Origin: an uncultured Lachnospiraceae bacterium
GTDB lineage: Bacteria > Bacillota > Clostridia > Lachnospirales > Lachnospiraceae
Direction: 5' to 3'
DNA length: 64,000 nt
NCBI GenBank assembly: GCA_902767015.1
Contig: CACXFV010000003.1
Coordinates: 873-64,872 of the forward strand
Under the pieces are notes generated by a model. The model saw only the letters and a list, made by a program, of their open reading frames with translations, did no database searches and was not told the origin of the DNA. Position numbers and translations under genes: made by a program. Positions 1-8,482 of the stretch are shown here, piece after piece (positions within the stretch are counted from its first letter, which is position 1; every line of letters starts with the position of its first letter).

Positions 1-232
1 TGGACTTTTTTACCGAAAACGCATTAGAAAATCTCATAGCAGAAAGCTTTGAACTATAAAAACTGTATATCTTCTTATTAAGGTCCTTCCATGCTTCCTG
101 CTTCCATTCAAGCTTTGTCTGGGCTTTTACATATTTATCCTTCTTAGTGGAATATGCCGATACAAGAGCTGTAATGATAGAGTCAGTATCGAGATTTGAT
201 TGTAATCCTGATAATGCTATCTTTCCAGCCAT
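1..232 (-). CDS. fliD: Flagellar filament cap protein FliD, N-terminal part (runs off the window)
   Basis: Manual translation MAGKIALSGLQSNLDTDSIITALVSAYSTKKDKYVKAQTKLEWKQEAWKDLNKKIYSF matches the FliD N-terminal pattern; RBS GAGG upstream; follows flaG. Not in the supplied ORF track. Confidence 0.9.
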   Translation of the reverse strand, partial: MAGKIALSGLQSNLDTDSIITALVSAYSTKKDKYVKAQTKLEWKQEAWKDLNKKIYSFYSSKLSAMRFSNAFSVKKS

Positions 233-363
233 AATTACCTCATTTCTGTGTTGCTCTCATTTTCAATTTCTGACATTTTGTACCGCAACACTGATACAAA
301 ACCGGTCTGTGGCAAATATAATTTTATTACCACAGTCTGCTTTTCGCTATAAAAATATATCTT

Positions 364-810
364 TTATAGTTTTTCGTCTACTAATATTCCGGCAAGTTCC
401 CACACTTTTGCTATCATGTCAAGTGTCTTTTCAGGCGGAAGTTCTTTGACTACCTCCTTGGTATCCTTGTCAACAATTCGGATTGTTACTCTGTTCGTCT
501 TGTCATGATAACCGAATACACACTCAGTATTATTAAGCTTTTTGTTAATATCACTGATTGCCTGTCGCATTGTATCCTCAGAAGGCTGTCTCTTGTCCCC
601 TTCATTCTGGGCACTACCCTCTTCGGCTGCTCCGCCTGAGCCTCCTACTATTCTCGTATCCTTGCTGATGTCACTGACTACGGCACCGCCTTCTTCATAG
701 GATACTTCCCCCGATGTCACCTCTGATCTGGTTGCCGTGACCTTAGGCGACTGCGTCTGCGGAACTGCCTGATAGCTGGCTGCTGCTCCTGTAATTGCAT
801 CAATTGCCAT
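364..810 (-). CDS. flaG: FlaG family flagellar protein
   Basis: C-terminal FGYHDKTNRVTIRIVDKDTKEVVKELPPEKTLDMIAKVWELAGILVDEK is the FlaG signature; located between csrA and fliD. Confidence 0.92.
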   Translation of the reverse strand: MAIDAITGAAASYQAVPQTQSPKVTATRSEVTSGEVSYEEGGAVVSDISKDTRIVGGSGGAAEEGSAQNEGDKRQPSEDTMRQAISDINKKLNNTECVFGYHDKTNRVTIRIVDKDTKEVVKELPPEKTLDMIAKVWELAGILVDEKL

Positions 811-956
811 AACCTTTCACCTCCATGTGAATATTTATTAAGATTAGGATGCCAAAGTCATTCCCTCATTGGAATCAACTATGCCACCCGTCAATTACAA
901 AAGGATAATTAAAACTGTAATAGAACATCTTACCCTTTCGTAATCTATTACTTCTA

Positions 957-984
957 GTATCGGCATATCACAGTAAAATATTTA
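957..984 (-). promoter_or_regulatory. Sigma-28 (SigD/FliA) promoter for flaG-fliD
   Basis: Minus strand reads TAAA-N16-GCCGATAC; the established consensus is TAAA-N15/16-GCCGATA(T/A). Confidence 0.8.
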
Positions 985-988
985 CACA

Positions 989-1204
989 TTACAGCAAATT
1001 TTTCAAAGCTTCGACCGCCTGTACATTTGCCGACTCTTTATTCGACTGCTGTATCTGAAGATATACTTCCTTTCTGTAGATTGGGACAGTCTTCGGTGCT
1101 TTGATTCCAAGCTTCACATGTTCTCCCTTTACCTCAAGAACTGTCACTTCTATATCATTGTTAATCACTATTGCCTCATCTTTTTTTCTGGATAATGCAA
1201 GCAT
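989..1204 (-). CDS. csrA: Carbon storage regulator CsrA
   Basis: MLALSRKKDEAIVINNDIEVTVLEVKGEHVKLGIKAPKTVPIYRKEVY is a typical CsrA; adjacent to fliW. Confidence 0.96.
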   Translation of the reverse strand: MLALSRKKDEAIVINNDIEVTVLEVKGEHVKLGIKAPKTVPIYRKEVYLQIQQSNKESANVQAVEALKNLL

Positions 1205-1312
1205 ATTTCACCTCGTTTCTACGTTGCTCATCAATATCAGAGACTACGACCGGCAACGCACGCACGCAGTCTTCATAAGTTTATCAACATAACGCTCCGG
1301 AATCTATATAAA

Positions 1313-1774
1313 CTATTCTTCTTTCTTCCTTCCTGCATTCAATATATCGTATATATAGTATTTCACAGGATAATCATCATTATCCACAATAATCTGGCAT
1401 CCCTTTAATGCTGCCGGATTAATCACGATAGGTGCGCGAAGATTTGTACTCAGCTTAGTAATATCCGTCGGCACGGTAAGTGTGGTAAGTACCAATAATT
1501 CCTCATTCTCATCTAAAGCGCCAATATTTCTGAAAAGTTCATCCTCTACTGTCGGATTATAATCACTCTTAATCAGAAGTGGATCAATGACCGGAAATGC
1601 AATCGAAGTGTCATCAAGTGACTGAAGCCAGAGGATATTTTTATTTTTCGCTTCTGCATCATGTATGATCATGAATTGTTTCAAATCGCTAAAACCAATC
1701 ATGCCATCCTTGAAATTGATGATCTTCTTTGCATCAACTTCTATTTCCTCAAATAACCTTGTCTGTACGTTCAT
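1313..1774 (-). CDS. fliW: Flagellar assembly factor FliW (CsrA antagonist)
   Basis: FliW motifs (IINFKDGMIGF, LWLQS, FPVIDP, TNLRAPIVIN); canonical fliW-csrA pair. Confidence 0.93.
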   Translation of the reverse strand: MNVQTRLFEEIEVDAKKIINFKDGMIGFSDLKQFMIIHDAEAKNKNILWLQSLDDTSIAFPVIDPLLIKSDYNPTVEDELFRNIGALDENEELLVLTTLTVPTDITKLSTNLRAPIVINPAALKGCQIIVDNDDYPVKYYIYDILNAGRKKEE

Positions 1775-1844
1775 AGTAAAACCTTCCCTTTCCTAGTTTT
1801 TGCCTGTTTCGGCTATTTTCCCAAAATGATTGTGTATAGTATAC

Positions 1845-1873
1845 ATCATAATACATTTTGAGCTGATTCGCAA
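1845..1873 (-). promoter_or_regulatory. Sigma-A-type promoter for fliW-csrA
   Basis: Minus strand TTGCGA-N17-TATGAT, about 70 nt upstream of the fliW start. Confidence 0.55.
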
Positions 1874-2026
1874 CAGATTTTGTAAGCTCCACTACTCTCT
1901 GGTTTAATTATAATTCAATTATTTTTTGTTTCAATATTATTTTTGTATTATCAATAACTATTAAGGCGAAACCAAGACATCACTTTGTCTCATGTTCCGC
2001 CCAAATACATCACCATATTTTCAGTT

Positions 2027-2290
2027 GTTACTTTACCCACAGAGAACTTGTACCCTAACAATTATCACTTTACCCACAAAGAACTTGTATCCTAACAATT
2101 GTCACTTTATCTGCAGAGAATTTGCCGCGCAAATTCTCTTAAGAACTTGCCCATACACGAAGCTATTTTATATTGCGGAGAATTTGCGCCAGCAAATTCT
2201 CCTAAGAACTTGCCCATACACGAAGCTATTTTATATTGTGGAGAATTTGCGCCAGCAAATTCTCCTAAGAACTTGCCTTGGCAAGTTCTT
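2027..2290. repeat. Mosaic tandem repeat array: two 37-bp repeats, then 62/63-bp units containing 25-26-bp palindromes
   Basis: 2027-2063 and 2064-2100 are near-identical. GAGAATTTGC..GCAAATTCTC palindromes lie at 2115-2139, 2177-2202 and 2240-2265, separated by near-identical 37-bp linkers. Confidence 0.9.
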
Positions 2291-2297
2291 TTTTTTT
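2267..2297 (+). terminator. Intrinsic terminator-like hairpin with its T tract on the + strand, directly abutting the flgL stop
   Basis: AAGAACTTGCC-TT-GGCAAGTTCTT followed by T7. Confidence 0.6.
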
Positions 2298-3774
2298 AGA
2301 GGAAATCCAACAATTTTTTCTGCACTACCTTTGATGCCGCTGCCAGTGAAGCATCATAAATAGAACTCGCTTCTTCCAACTCTATCGCTACATTAACCAC
2401 ATTTGCCTCTTCGTTGATACTCTTTAAGTTATCGATGGTCACTCGCTGGGATTCAAGTCTGCTCTCATTGAGATCCAAACGGTTCAGTTTAACACCGACA
2501 TTCGCCCTGGCAAGGCTCACTACTGACTGGTGGTTTTTGTACGCGGTAAGCCCTCTTGAAAAAGCATTTTTCATGTTTTCCTTTGAAAAATCCACTTCTC
2601 TCTCGCACAAATCTAATAATTCCTTATATTTGGCTTTTTCTGCACTTCCGGCATCAGCATTATTGTATAAATCTTTGATTTTATTCCTCTTTTCTTCTGC
2701 CGTCACTGCCACATTAACTACATCGATAATATCATCAAGGTCACGTTTCATATCCGGAGTAAAGACATCTTTGCCCTGCGTGTTAATCACCATTGTCTGG
2801 TTAAAATTAATCTCGTATTTGATTTCTTGTGAACGATTGGTATAAGTTACCCATTTTGACGAGTCGTCATCTGTCATGTCAACACAGTCAAAATACTGCT
2901 TGGGACTTAAGTCACCTTTGAAGAACTCACTCTTTGTGTAAGTGACATCAAACTTTTCTGCCGCCATTAACTTAGCATAGGCATTCGAGCCCAACACCAA
3001 TTCACCCTTATCTGCAAGATAGTACACATCATCTTCTCCCGGTGTATAGGCATCCGGATCAGAAGATTTTTTGTTCATAATACCGGTAATATCCTCGTCC
3101 GGATTCGTCGTTTTAATCGTTACCCCGGCAGTATCGTCCAGCTTTTGATACGCAAGTCTAACCCGATAAGCATTATCAAGTGTCGGAAGCTTTACTGCCT
3201 TTGTATTCGTCGATGCTATTGTGGCATCATTAATCTTTGAAACATCTACCGCATTTTTTACTTTCGTCAGTGTATCCACATCATCCAGATTAAAATGTTC
3301 TGTAATCTGGTATTTATCACTTTTATCTTCTACATAGGTAAGCATCTGGTCTGTCTTAAACCCTGTAAATATGGTCATACCGGTATAGTCTGTATTGGCA
3401 TTGCTGTAAATCTGTTCCCGAAATGATTTTAGTGAGTCGAGAATCGTATTCTTGTCAGTGGCATCATAGTAGCCATTTACCGCCTGATTACAGTATTCCG
3501 TAATATCTCCCACGATATCCACAATCGTTCCCAGTGCTTCCTCTGTCGTCTCCATCCAAGAGCGCGCATCACTGATATTCTTCTCTATGTATTGATCAAT
3601 CTCCGCAATGGTTGTTCTGAATCGCAATGCTCGAATTGCAATAATCGGATCATCCGAAGGTCTCTGAATTACTTTCTCCGACACCAACTGCGTATTCAGT
3701 CTGTCCATTGTACTTTTATTGGTATTAATGTGTGAAAGCGAATTGTTAATCAACATTCCATTCGTTACTCTCAT
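2296..3774 (-). CDS. flgL: Flagellar hook-associated protein 3 FlgL
   Basis: MRVTNGM...QLVSEKVIQRPSDDPI N-terminus and flagellin-like C-terminus (AASKVVQKKLLDFL). Start moved to the ATG at 3774, which has an RBS (AGGGA). Confidence 0.93.
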   Translation of the reverse strand: MRVTNGMLINNSLSHINTNKSTMDRLNTQLVSEKVIQRPSDDPIIAIRALRFRTTIAEIDQYIEKNISDARSWMETTEEALGTIVDIVGDITEYCNQAVNGYYDATDKNTILDSLKSFREQIYSNANTDYTGMTIFTGFKTDQMLTYVEDKSDKYQITEHFNLDDVDTLTKVKNAVDVSKINDATIASTNTKAVKLPTLDNAYRVRLAYQKLDDTAGVTIKTTNPDEDITGIMNKKSSDPDAYTPGEDDVYYLADKGELVLGSNAYAKLMAAEKFDVTYTKSEFFKGDLSPKQYFDCVDMTDDDSSKWVTYTNRSQEIKYEINFNQTMVINTQGKDVFTPDMKRDLDDIIDVVNVAVTAEEKRNKIKDLYNNADAGSAEKAKYKELLDLCEREVDFSKENMKNAFSRGLTAYKNHQSVVSLARANVGVKLNRLDLNESRLESQRVTIDNLKSINEEANVVNVAIELEEASSIYDASLAAASKVVQKKLLDFL

Positions 3775-3866
3775 ACAGCTTTCCCTCCTATATTCTAATA
3801 TTCCTGTATCGATCACTATCCATTACCAAACACCGGTTCCTCCATTTTGGCAGTGTATCTTTTCTC

Positions 3867-5408
3867 CTACAGTCCCATCTCGTTAATCAGCTTATTATAA
3901 ATCTGCTGCATCACGGATATCATTTTCGCTGCCAAGTCAAAGGCCTCCTGATATTTCACCAGATCCATTGCCTCCTCATCGCCATCAACACCCGAATATG
4001 ACAAACGCTGATTCTCTATGCTCTGCTTGATATTAGAATAGTTGCGTTCAAATGAATCTGCCTTACTTACATCAACGGAAATCTCGGCAACAATACTGTG
4101 AAGATACTCCTGTGCATTGGAATTTCTGAAAATCGGTTTATCTCTCACCGCCAGCAGTCTGTCAATGATACCGGAATCCTCTACACCGTTCTGAATCGGG
4201 TAGGTAGATGTCGCTAACAGTGACGGATCATCAATCAAATCCTTGTTCACAGAAAGCACACCGGTGGATGACATGATATAAATCGGAATATCCTCTGTCG
4301 TATCACCATAAAGATTGTAATTCGCCGGCACTTCATTGCCATCTTCGTCGGTAATGGTGCTGTGCTGGTGAATGTCATTAAAGGTATCTGCAATGGTCTG
4401 CTTAAAATCCTGTATCTTCTCTACATAAAACGGTATCCCCTTGTAATTCACATTCTTCGCATATGGATTGGACGTATCTGCCATGGCATTGTTACCGTCT
4501 CTGACGTCAATCATCGCTCTTAACGCACCATTCATATCCATCGCAATCGGATCAAACTTTGTTCCGGAACCTGTCTCCTCATCATAATAATAGTAGATAT
4601 CATATAAGCCATCGGCATCCATCTTACCGGCTCTATGCTCTCTCTCCACCAACACCATTGACTTCGCATCATAATCGTCCACCAGCGTGAAGCCTTCTGT
4701 CTTTACCATAAAATTCGTATGTCCGTTAGCAAATTCCGTTTCCGTCACCGTAATCGGAACAATAGAAGACAACTCATCCAACATGAGATTTCTCTTATCC
4801 CGCAGGTCGTTGGCCAGCACGCCCGTCAGCTCAACGGTATTAATCTGTTTGGTAACAGAAGCAATCTGTTCCGCAATGGTGTTCATTCTCTCCACCATAT
4901 TACTTACTTCCGTATTACACTCCTGTTGCAGATTGGTCAGTTTATTCTGTATATCGTTAAAATAATCTGCCAAGCTCTGACAATAACTAAACAGCTCTGT
5001 TCTGTATGTCAGCTCCGACGGATTGCCCTGCATAGACTGCAGTGTTGTAAAAATATCCATGTACTCCGAGGTAAATCCCTGTGTCTCTATCTCATTAAAA
5101 TAATCTTCAATCTGTATCTCATACTTATACTTGGTAGAATGATTGTTGAGCTTCGCCTCATTATCTCTGTATTTTACATCATAGTAATTATCTCTTAACT
5201 GTTCCACCTTGGTAATCTCAACGCCAGAACCCACCATACCATAGGAAGCGTAAAATCTGAGCGCATCACTGGCAGACTGACTGACTACCTGTCTTGTATA
5301 TCCCTTCGTATTCTCATTCGATGTATTGTGCGCCGCCGTGGTAATTCCCGCCTGTGCGGCATGAATACCGGAGGTTGCTATATTTAAACCAAAAAATGTA
5401 GATGCCAT
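3867..5408 (-). CDS. flgK: Flagellar hook-associated protein FlgK (second paralog)
   Basis: MASTFFGLNIATSGIHAAQ...HNTSNENTKGYTRQ; C-terminal GVDGDEEAMDLVKYQEAF. Start set at the ATG at 5408. Confidence 0.92.
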   Translation of the reverse strand: MASTFFGLNIATSGIHAAQAGITTAAHNTSNENTKGYTRQVVSQSASDALRFYASYGMVGSGVEITKVEQLRDNYYDVKYRDNEAKLNNHSTKYKYEIQIEDYFNEIETQGFTSEYMDIFTTLQSMQGNPSELTYRTELFSYCQSLADYFNDIQNKLTNLQQECNTEVSNMVERMNTIAEQIASVTKQINTVELTGVLANDLRDKRNLMLDELSSIVPITVTETEFANGHTNFMVKTEGFTLVDDYDAKSMVLVEREHRAGKMDADGLYDIYYYYDEETGSGTKFDPIAMDMNGALRAMIDVRDGNNAMADTSNPYAKNVNYKGIPFYVEKIQDFKQTIADTFNDIHQHSTITDEDGNEVPANYNLYGDTTEDIPIYIMSSTGVLSVNKDLIDDPSLLATSTYPIQNGVEDSGIIDRLLAVRDKPIFRNSNAQEYLHSIVAEISVDVSKADSFERNYSNIKQSIENQRLSYSGVDGDEEAMDLVKYQEAFDLAAKMISVMQQIYNKLINEMGL

Positions 5409-5424
5409 AACCCATCTCTCCTTC

Positions 5425-7182
5425 CTAGCTTCCGAGTCTGTCAATAATATACTGTAACATTTCTGCCACTGCTGTCACATATCTTGAAGATGCGTTGTAA
5501 GCACCCTGAAATTTAATCATATTCGTCAACTCTTCTTCTGAAGAGACACCTGTAATCACAGTTCTCGCCTCATCGATCTGATCCGTTGCCTGTTTCTGGC
5601 TCGTTGCAATGGAATTATACAGACTTCCTTTATTGCCTAACGTATACACCATCTGTCTGTAATATTCCTTAAAAGTCAGCTTCGCCATATTGCCCGGATC
5701 CAACGTCATCTTCTGTTCATTCCATGTCTCTACAAGATCTGCGCCCTTCTGCAGGTCATTATCACCCTCCGGTGTTCTAAACGGAAGCTTGGAATAATCT
5801 TCTCTGATGACCTGGTTCATATCCATATTGGAAATGGTATATAAAGATTCCTTATCAAAACTATTCTTCTCATTATATACGTAATAAGTATTGCCATCAT
5901 CACCGGTCACTTCTATGTATCTGTCAGTGTATTTTCTTGAAAACAGTTCTTGTGGAGGAAGCTCCCCGTCATCACCGGTAGAAACATCCCTATCAAGAAT
6001 CTTTACCTTCGACGCTTCATAGGTATTACCTGCTGCATCTGTGTAAGTTGTCACGCCCTCCGGAACCTGAGCCGTGATGGGACTGAAAATATCATTGATC
6101 GTGGTCACTACTCCATTGACCAGCTTATCAAATAAAGCCTGGGCCTGGGCAACGGAAGAATTACCGATGGCACCATTATACTTCTTGACCGCCGCAAGAT
6201 AGTCATTCAGTCCCTCATCCGTCGTTACATCATAGTCTTTTACCTCAGGCACATCCGTGTAATCTGCTCTGTAATCACCTCTGCCGAGAAGATAACCCTT
6301 GAGCATACCTATATCATTCTTATTGTTTGTGTTAATCTCCTGCTCTAAGAGAAAAACCTCCTGGTCATCAAGATACGGCCAAACACAGGAAAGATACATG
6401 GAACCCTCATCGCCATCTAATTGTCTCGTCTCCATGTGATATACACCGCCATCTGTGACAAACGGAACACCCTCTGCCATCACTGACACATACCCATTCG
6501 TCTGTTCTGTATAAGAAATCTTGACAAGATTCGATAACTCATCAAGATAATTGTCTCTCTTATCACGCAGGTCATTGGCATTTTCTACGCCTGCCTCTAT
6601 CCCTGCAATCTTCAGATTCACATCATTAATCAGGTCTCCTAACTCATTCACCCTGTTCATGGTAGCAAGAATCTTGGTATCAAGATTCTTCTGATAGTCC
6701 GTCAGCTCTGTATAGACTGCCTGTGCTCTGCTCATAAATGCCTCTGCATACATGACAAGCTCAGACCTTGACACAATATTGTCCGGTGTCTTCGACATCT
6801 CATTAAACGCCGACCAAAGATTATCAAGAGCCTCTCTGAAACCTACACTCTCCGTCTCACCCATGATGGTCTCAATCTCTTCAATGACCTCTGACTGTGC
6901 CTCATAAAAGCCCTGTCTTCCATACTCTGTACGGTAGCTCTTATCAAGAAGAAGATCCCTTACCCTGCTGGTAACGGAAGACTGGACACCCAGACCAACC
7001 TGCTTCTTCTCCAACGCACCGTAACCTATATTGTTGTAATTTCTGTCACTCGTAAACGATAACTGTCTTGTATAACCCGGTGTATACACATTCGACAGAT
7101 TGTGTGTAGTGGTATTCAATGCAATCTGTGCCGATTGTACACCGGATACACCGATATATATACTCGTCATTCCACCTGCCAT
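5425..7182 (-). CDS. flgK: Flagellar hook-associated protein FlgK (first paralog)
   Basis: GVSGVQSAQIALNTTTHNLSNVYTPGYTRQ; C-terminal GVSSEEELTNMIKFQGAYNASSR. Confidence 0.92.
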   Translation of the reverse strand: MAGGMTSIYIGVSGVQSAQIALNTTTHNLSNVYTPGYTRQLSFTSDRNYNNIGYGALEKKQVGLGVQSSVTSRVRDLLLDKSYRTEYGRQGFYEAQSEVIEEIETIMGETESVGFREALDNLWSAFNEMSKTPDNIVSRSELVMYAEAFMSRAQAVYTELTDYQKNLDTKILATMNRVNELGDLINDVNLKIAGIEAGVENANDLRDKRDNYLDELSNLVKISYTEQTNGYVSVMAEGVPFVTDGGVYHMETRQLDGDEGSMYLSCVWPYLDDQEVFLLEQEINTNNKNDIGMLKGYLLGRGDYRADYTDVPEVKDYDVTTDEGLNDYLAAVKKYNGAIGNSSVAQAQALFDKLVNGVVTTINDIFSPITAQVPEGVTTYTDAAGNTYEASKVKILDRDVSTGDDGELPPQELFSRKYTDRYIEVTGDDGNTYYVYNEKNSFDKESLYTISNMDMNQVIREDYSKLPFRTPEGDNDLQKGADLVETWNEQKMTLDPGNMAKLTFKEYYRQMVYTLGNKGSLYNSIATSQKQATDQIDEARTVITGVSSEEELTNMIKFQGAYNASSRYVTAVAEMLQYIIDRLGS

Positions 7183-7206
7183 GGCAGCCTCCCTATCCCT
7201 AAAAAA

Positions 7207-7719
7207 TTAATTTTTAGCATCAAATCTTGAATTTACCAAAGGTGACTGTTGATTGTAAGCACCTTTGTTATAATTAGCTGTCTCAGGCAATTGATTGAGT
7301 CCATTGATATAATTAATGTTAAAATTAACAATCTCAAGAGATTCTTCTATCAACTGCTTATTGACATTATTTATGACCACCATGTCATTCAGCGTCAGCT
7401 TCAACCGGTCATGGACATCAGAAAGCATCTGCTGTACCTTATCCTGCCCTGCCAGTAGCTCTATAATATGCTTCACTGTAAGTGTACCCACATCCTTGTT
7501 CAACACTGTCGCTATATCACCGATGACTTCTTCACGTCTGCCCTCAAGAGCTGCCAGTCTGTCTGTATGCTCCTGCTCCCGTGCCGTCATCTCATTCAGT
7601 TTAGCGACATCTCCCTGAATAATAACCGATGTTTTTTCCTTTGCAAGCTCCAAAAGCTTCTTGTATTCCTGATTCTCCTCCTCAAGAGTCCAAATCAGAT
7701 TCTCTATCAGACTAGCCAA
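7207..7719 (-). CDS. flgN: Flagellar export chaperone FlgN
   Basis: Coiled-coil FlgN-like sequence between flgM and flgK; TTG start after GGAGG. Confidence 0.85.
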   Translation of the reverse strand: MASLIENLIWTLEEENQEYKKLLELAKEKTSVIIQGDVAKLNEMTAREQEHTDRLAALEGRREEVIGDIATVLNKDVGTLTVKHIIELLAGQDKVQQMLSDVHDRLKLTLNDMVVINNVNKQLIEESLEIVNFNINYINGLNQLPETANYNKGAYNQQSPLVNSRFDAKN

Positions 7720-7785
7720 GCTAACCTCCGTTCCCGAGTGCTCCTGTCAGAAAACATTTCTGACAACTGTGGTGCTCTCTTTTTC

Positions 7786-7825
7786 TTAGGAACTATATAT
7801 TAAGTTATTAATATACATTTCCTTA
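7786..7825. mobile_element. Internally deleted (34-bp) member of the MITE-like family, flanked by TTA
   Basis: TTA-GGAACTATAT-ATTAAGTTATTAATATACATTTCC-TTA corresponds to the left 10 bp plus right 24 bp of the element at 39849-39947, with a few substitutions. Confidence 0.6.
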
Positions 7826-7893
7826 TCCTAATCTAAAACATGTCCCTGTCTGAAAATAAATTCCAGTCTGAAATAAATCCCTTATTACTCAGA

Positions 7894-7924
7894 ACGGAAT
7901 AATTACATTCCGTAATTATTCCGT
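7894..7924. other. Perfect 13-bp hairpin immediately after the flgM stop; no U tract
   Basis: ACGGAATAATTAC-ATTCC-GTAATTATTCCGT. Confidence 0.75.
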
Positions 7925-7925
7925 C

Positions 7926-8198
7926 TTATAATCCACTATACTTTTCTAAAATCCTGTCAGCAAAACTCTCTGCACTCACATCATACGTTCCATTGTCTAT
8001 ACGTTTCTTAATATCATAGACTTTATCTTCCCTGATATCTGATGCGTTCTTAACAGCCATCTTGCTTGTGTTGTACACTTTACCAAAATCGGATATCTCT
8101 ACCTTATCTCTCAGTGTGCTTCCGGATGACCTCTGCGTCTTAAGCTTGCTGTTAGACTTATAAATCTGAGTAATCTGATTATAAGCATCTATTCGCAT
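7926..8198 (-). CDS. flgM: Anti-sigma-28 factor FlgM
   Basis: MRIDAYNQITQIY...DKVEISDFGK...DIREDKVYDIKKRIDNGTYDVSAESFADRI. Start moved to the ATG at 8198 (RBS GGGAGG). Confidence 0.93.
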   Translation of the reverse strand: MRIDAYNQITQIYKSNSKLKTQRSSGSTLRDKVEISDFGKVYNTSKMAVKNASDIREDKVYDIKKRIDNGTYDVSAESFADRILEKYSGL

Positions 8199-8399
8199 AA
8201 CTCTCGCCTCCCTGCGCAAATCATTACTATGGTAATAGTCCGGCCATGAACAAAAATCAACACAAAAAAACTGCTCTGTGGACTTATGTTCCCCGGCGGA
8301 ATGCCCGTTTATGAGCAAAATCCGCTGTGAATCCGTTTTGTGAACGGCACGCCTGAACTGTTACATTTAATTCTAACATACATGTTTGTTATACTTAAA

Positions 8400-8427
8400 T
8401 TATCGGCACACTTTTCTTTTTCATTAG
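8400..8427 (-). promoter_or_regulatory. Sigma-28 promoter for flgM-flgN-flgK-flgK-flgL
   Basis: Minus strand CTAA-N16-GCCGATAA. Confidence 0.75.
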
Positions 8428-8482
8428 AGTTAAATTAAATTTTATCGGATGAAGTTGTCTGACTGCTGCAATTCACAGATGA

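Noticed and set aside
2115-2290. CRISPR array (26-bp palindromes spaced by 37 bp)
   Set aside because: The geometry is CRISPR-like, but the two spacers are identical except for one base, there are only three repeats, and no cas genes are in the window.
2027-2297. Type III toxin-antitoxin antitoxin array (repeats plus terminator)
   Set aside because: No toxin ORF follows the terminator on either strand; flgL abuts it in the opposite direction.
1992-2363. + strand ORFs of 123 aa and 66 aa
   Set aside because: They are translations of the DNA repeat, have no RBS and overlap the flgL end.
8199-8318. 40-aa N-terminal extension of FlgM in the ORF track
   Set aside because: A strong RBS precedes the ATG at 8198, and FlgM similarity starts there.
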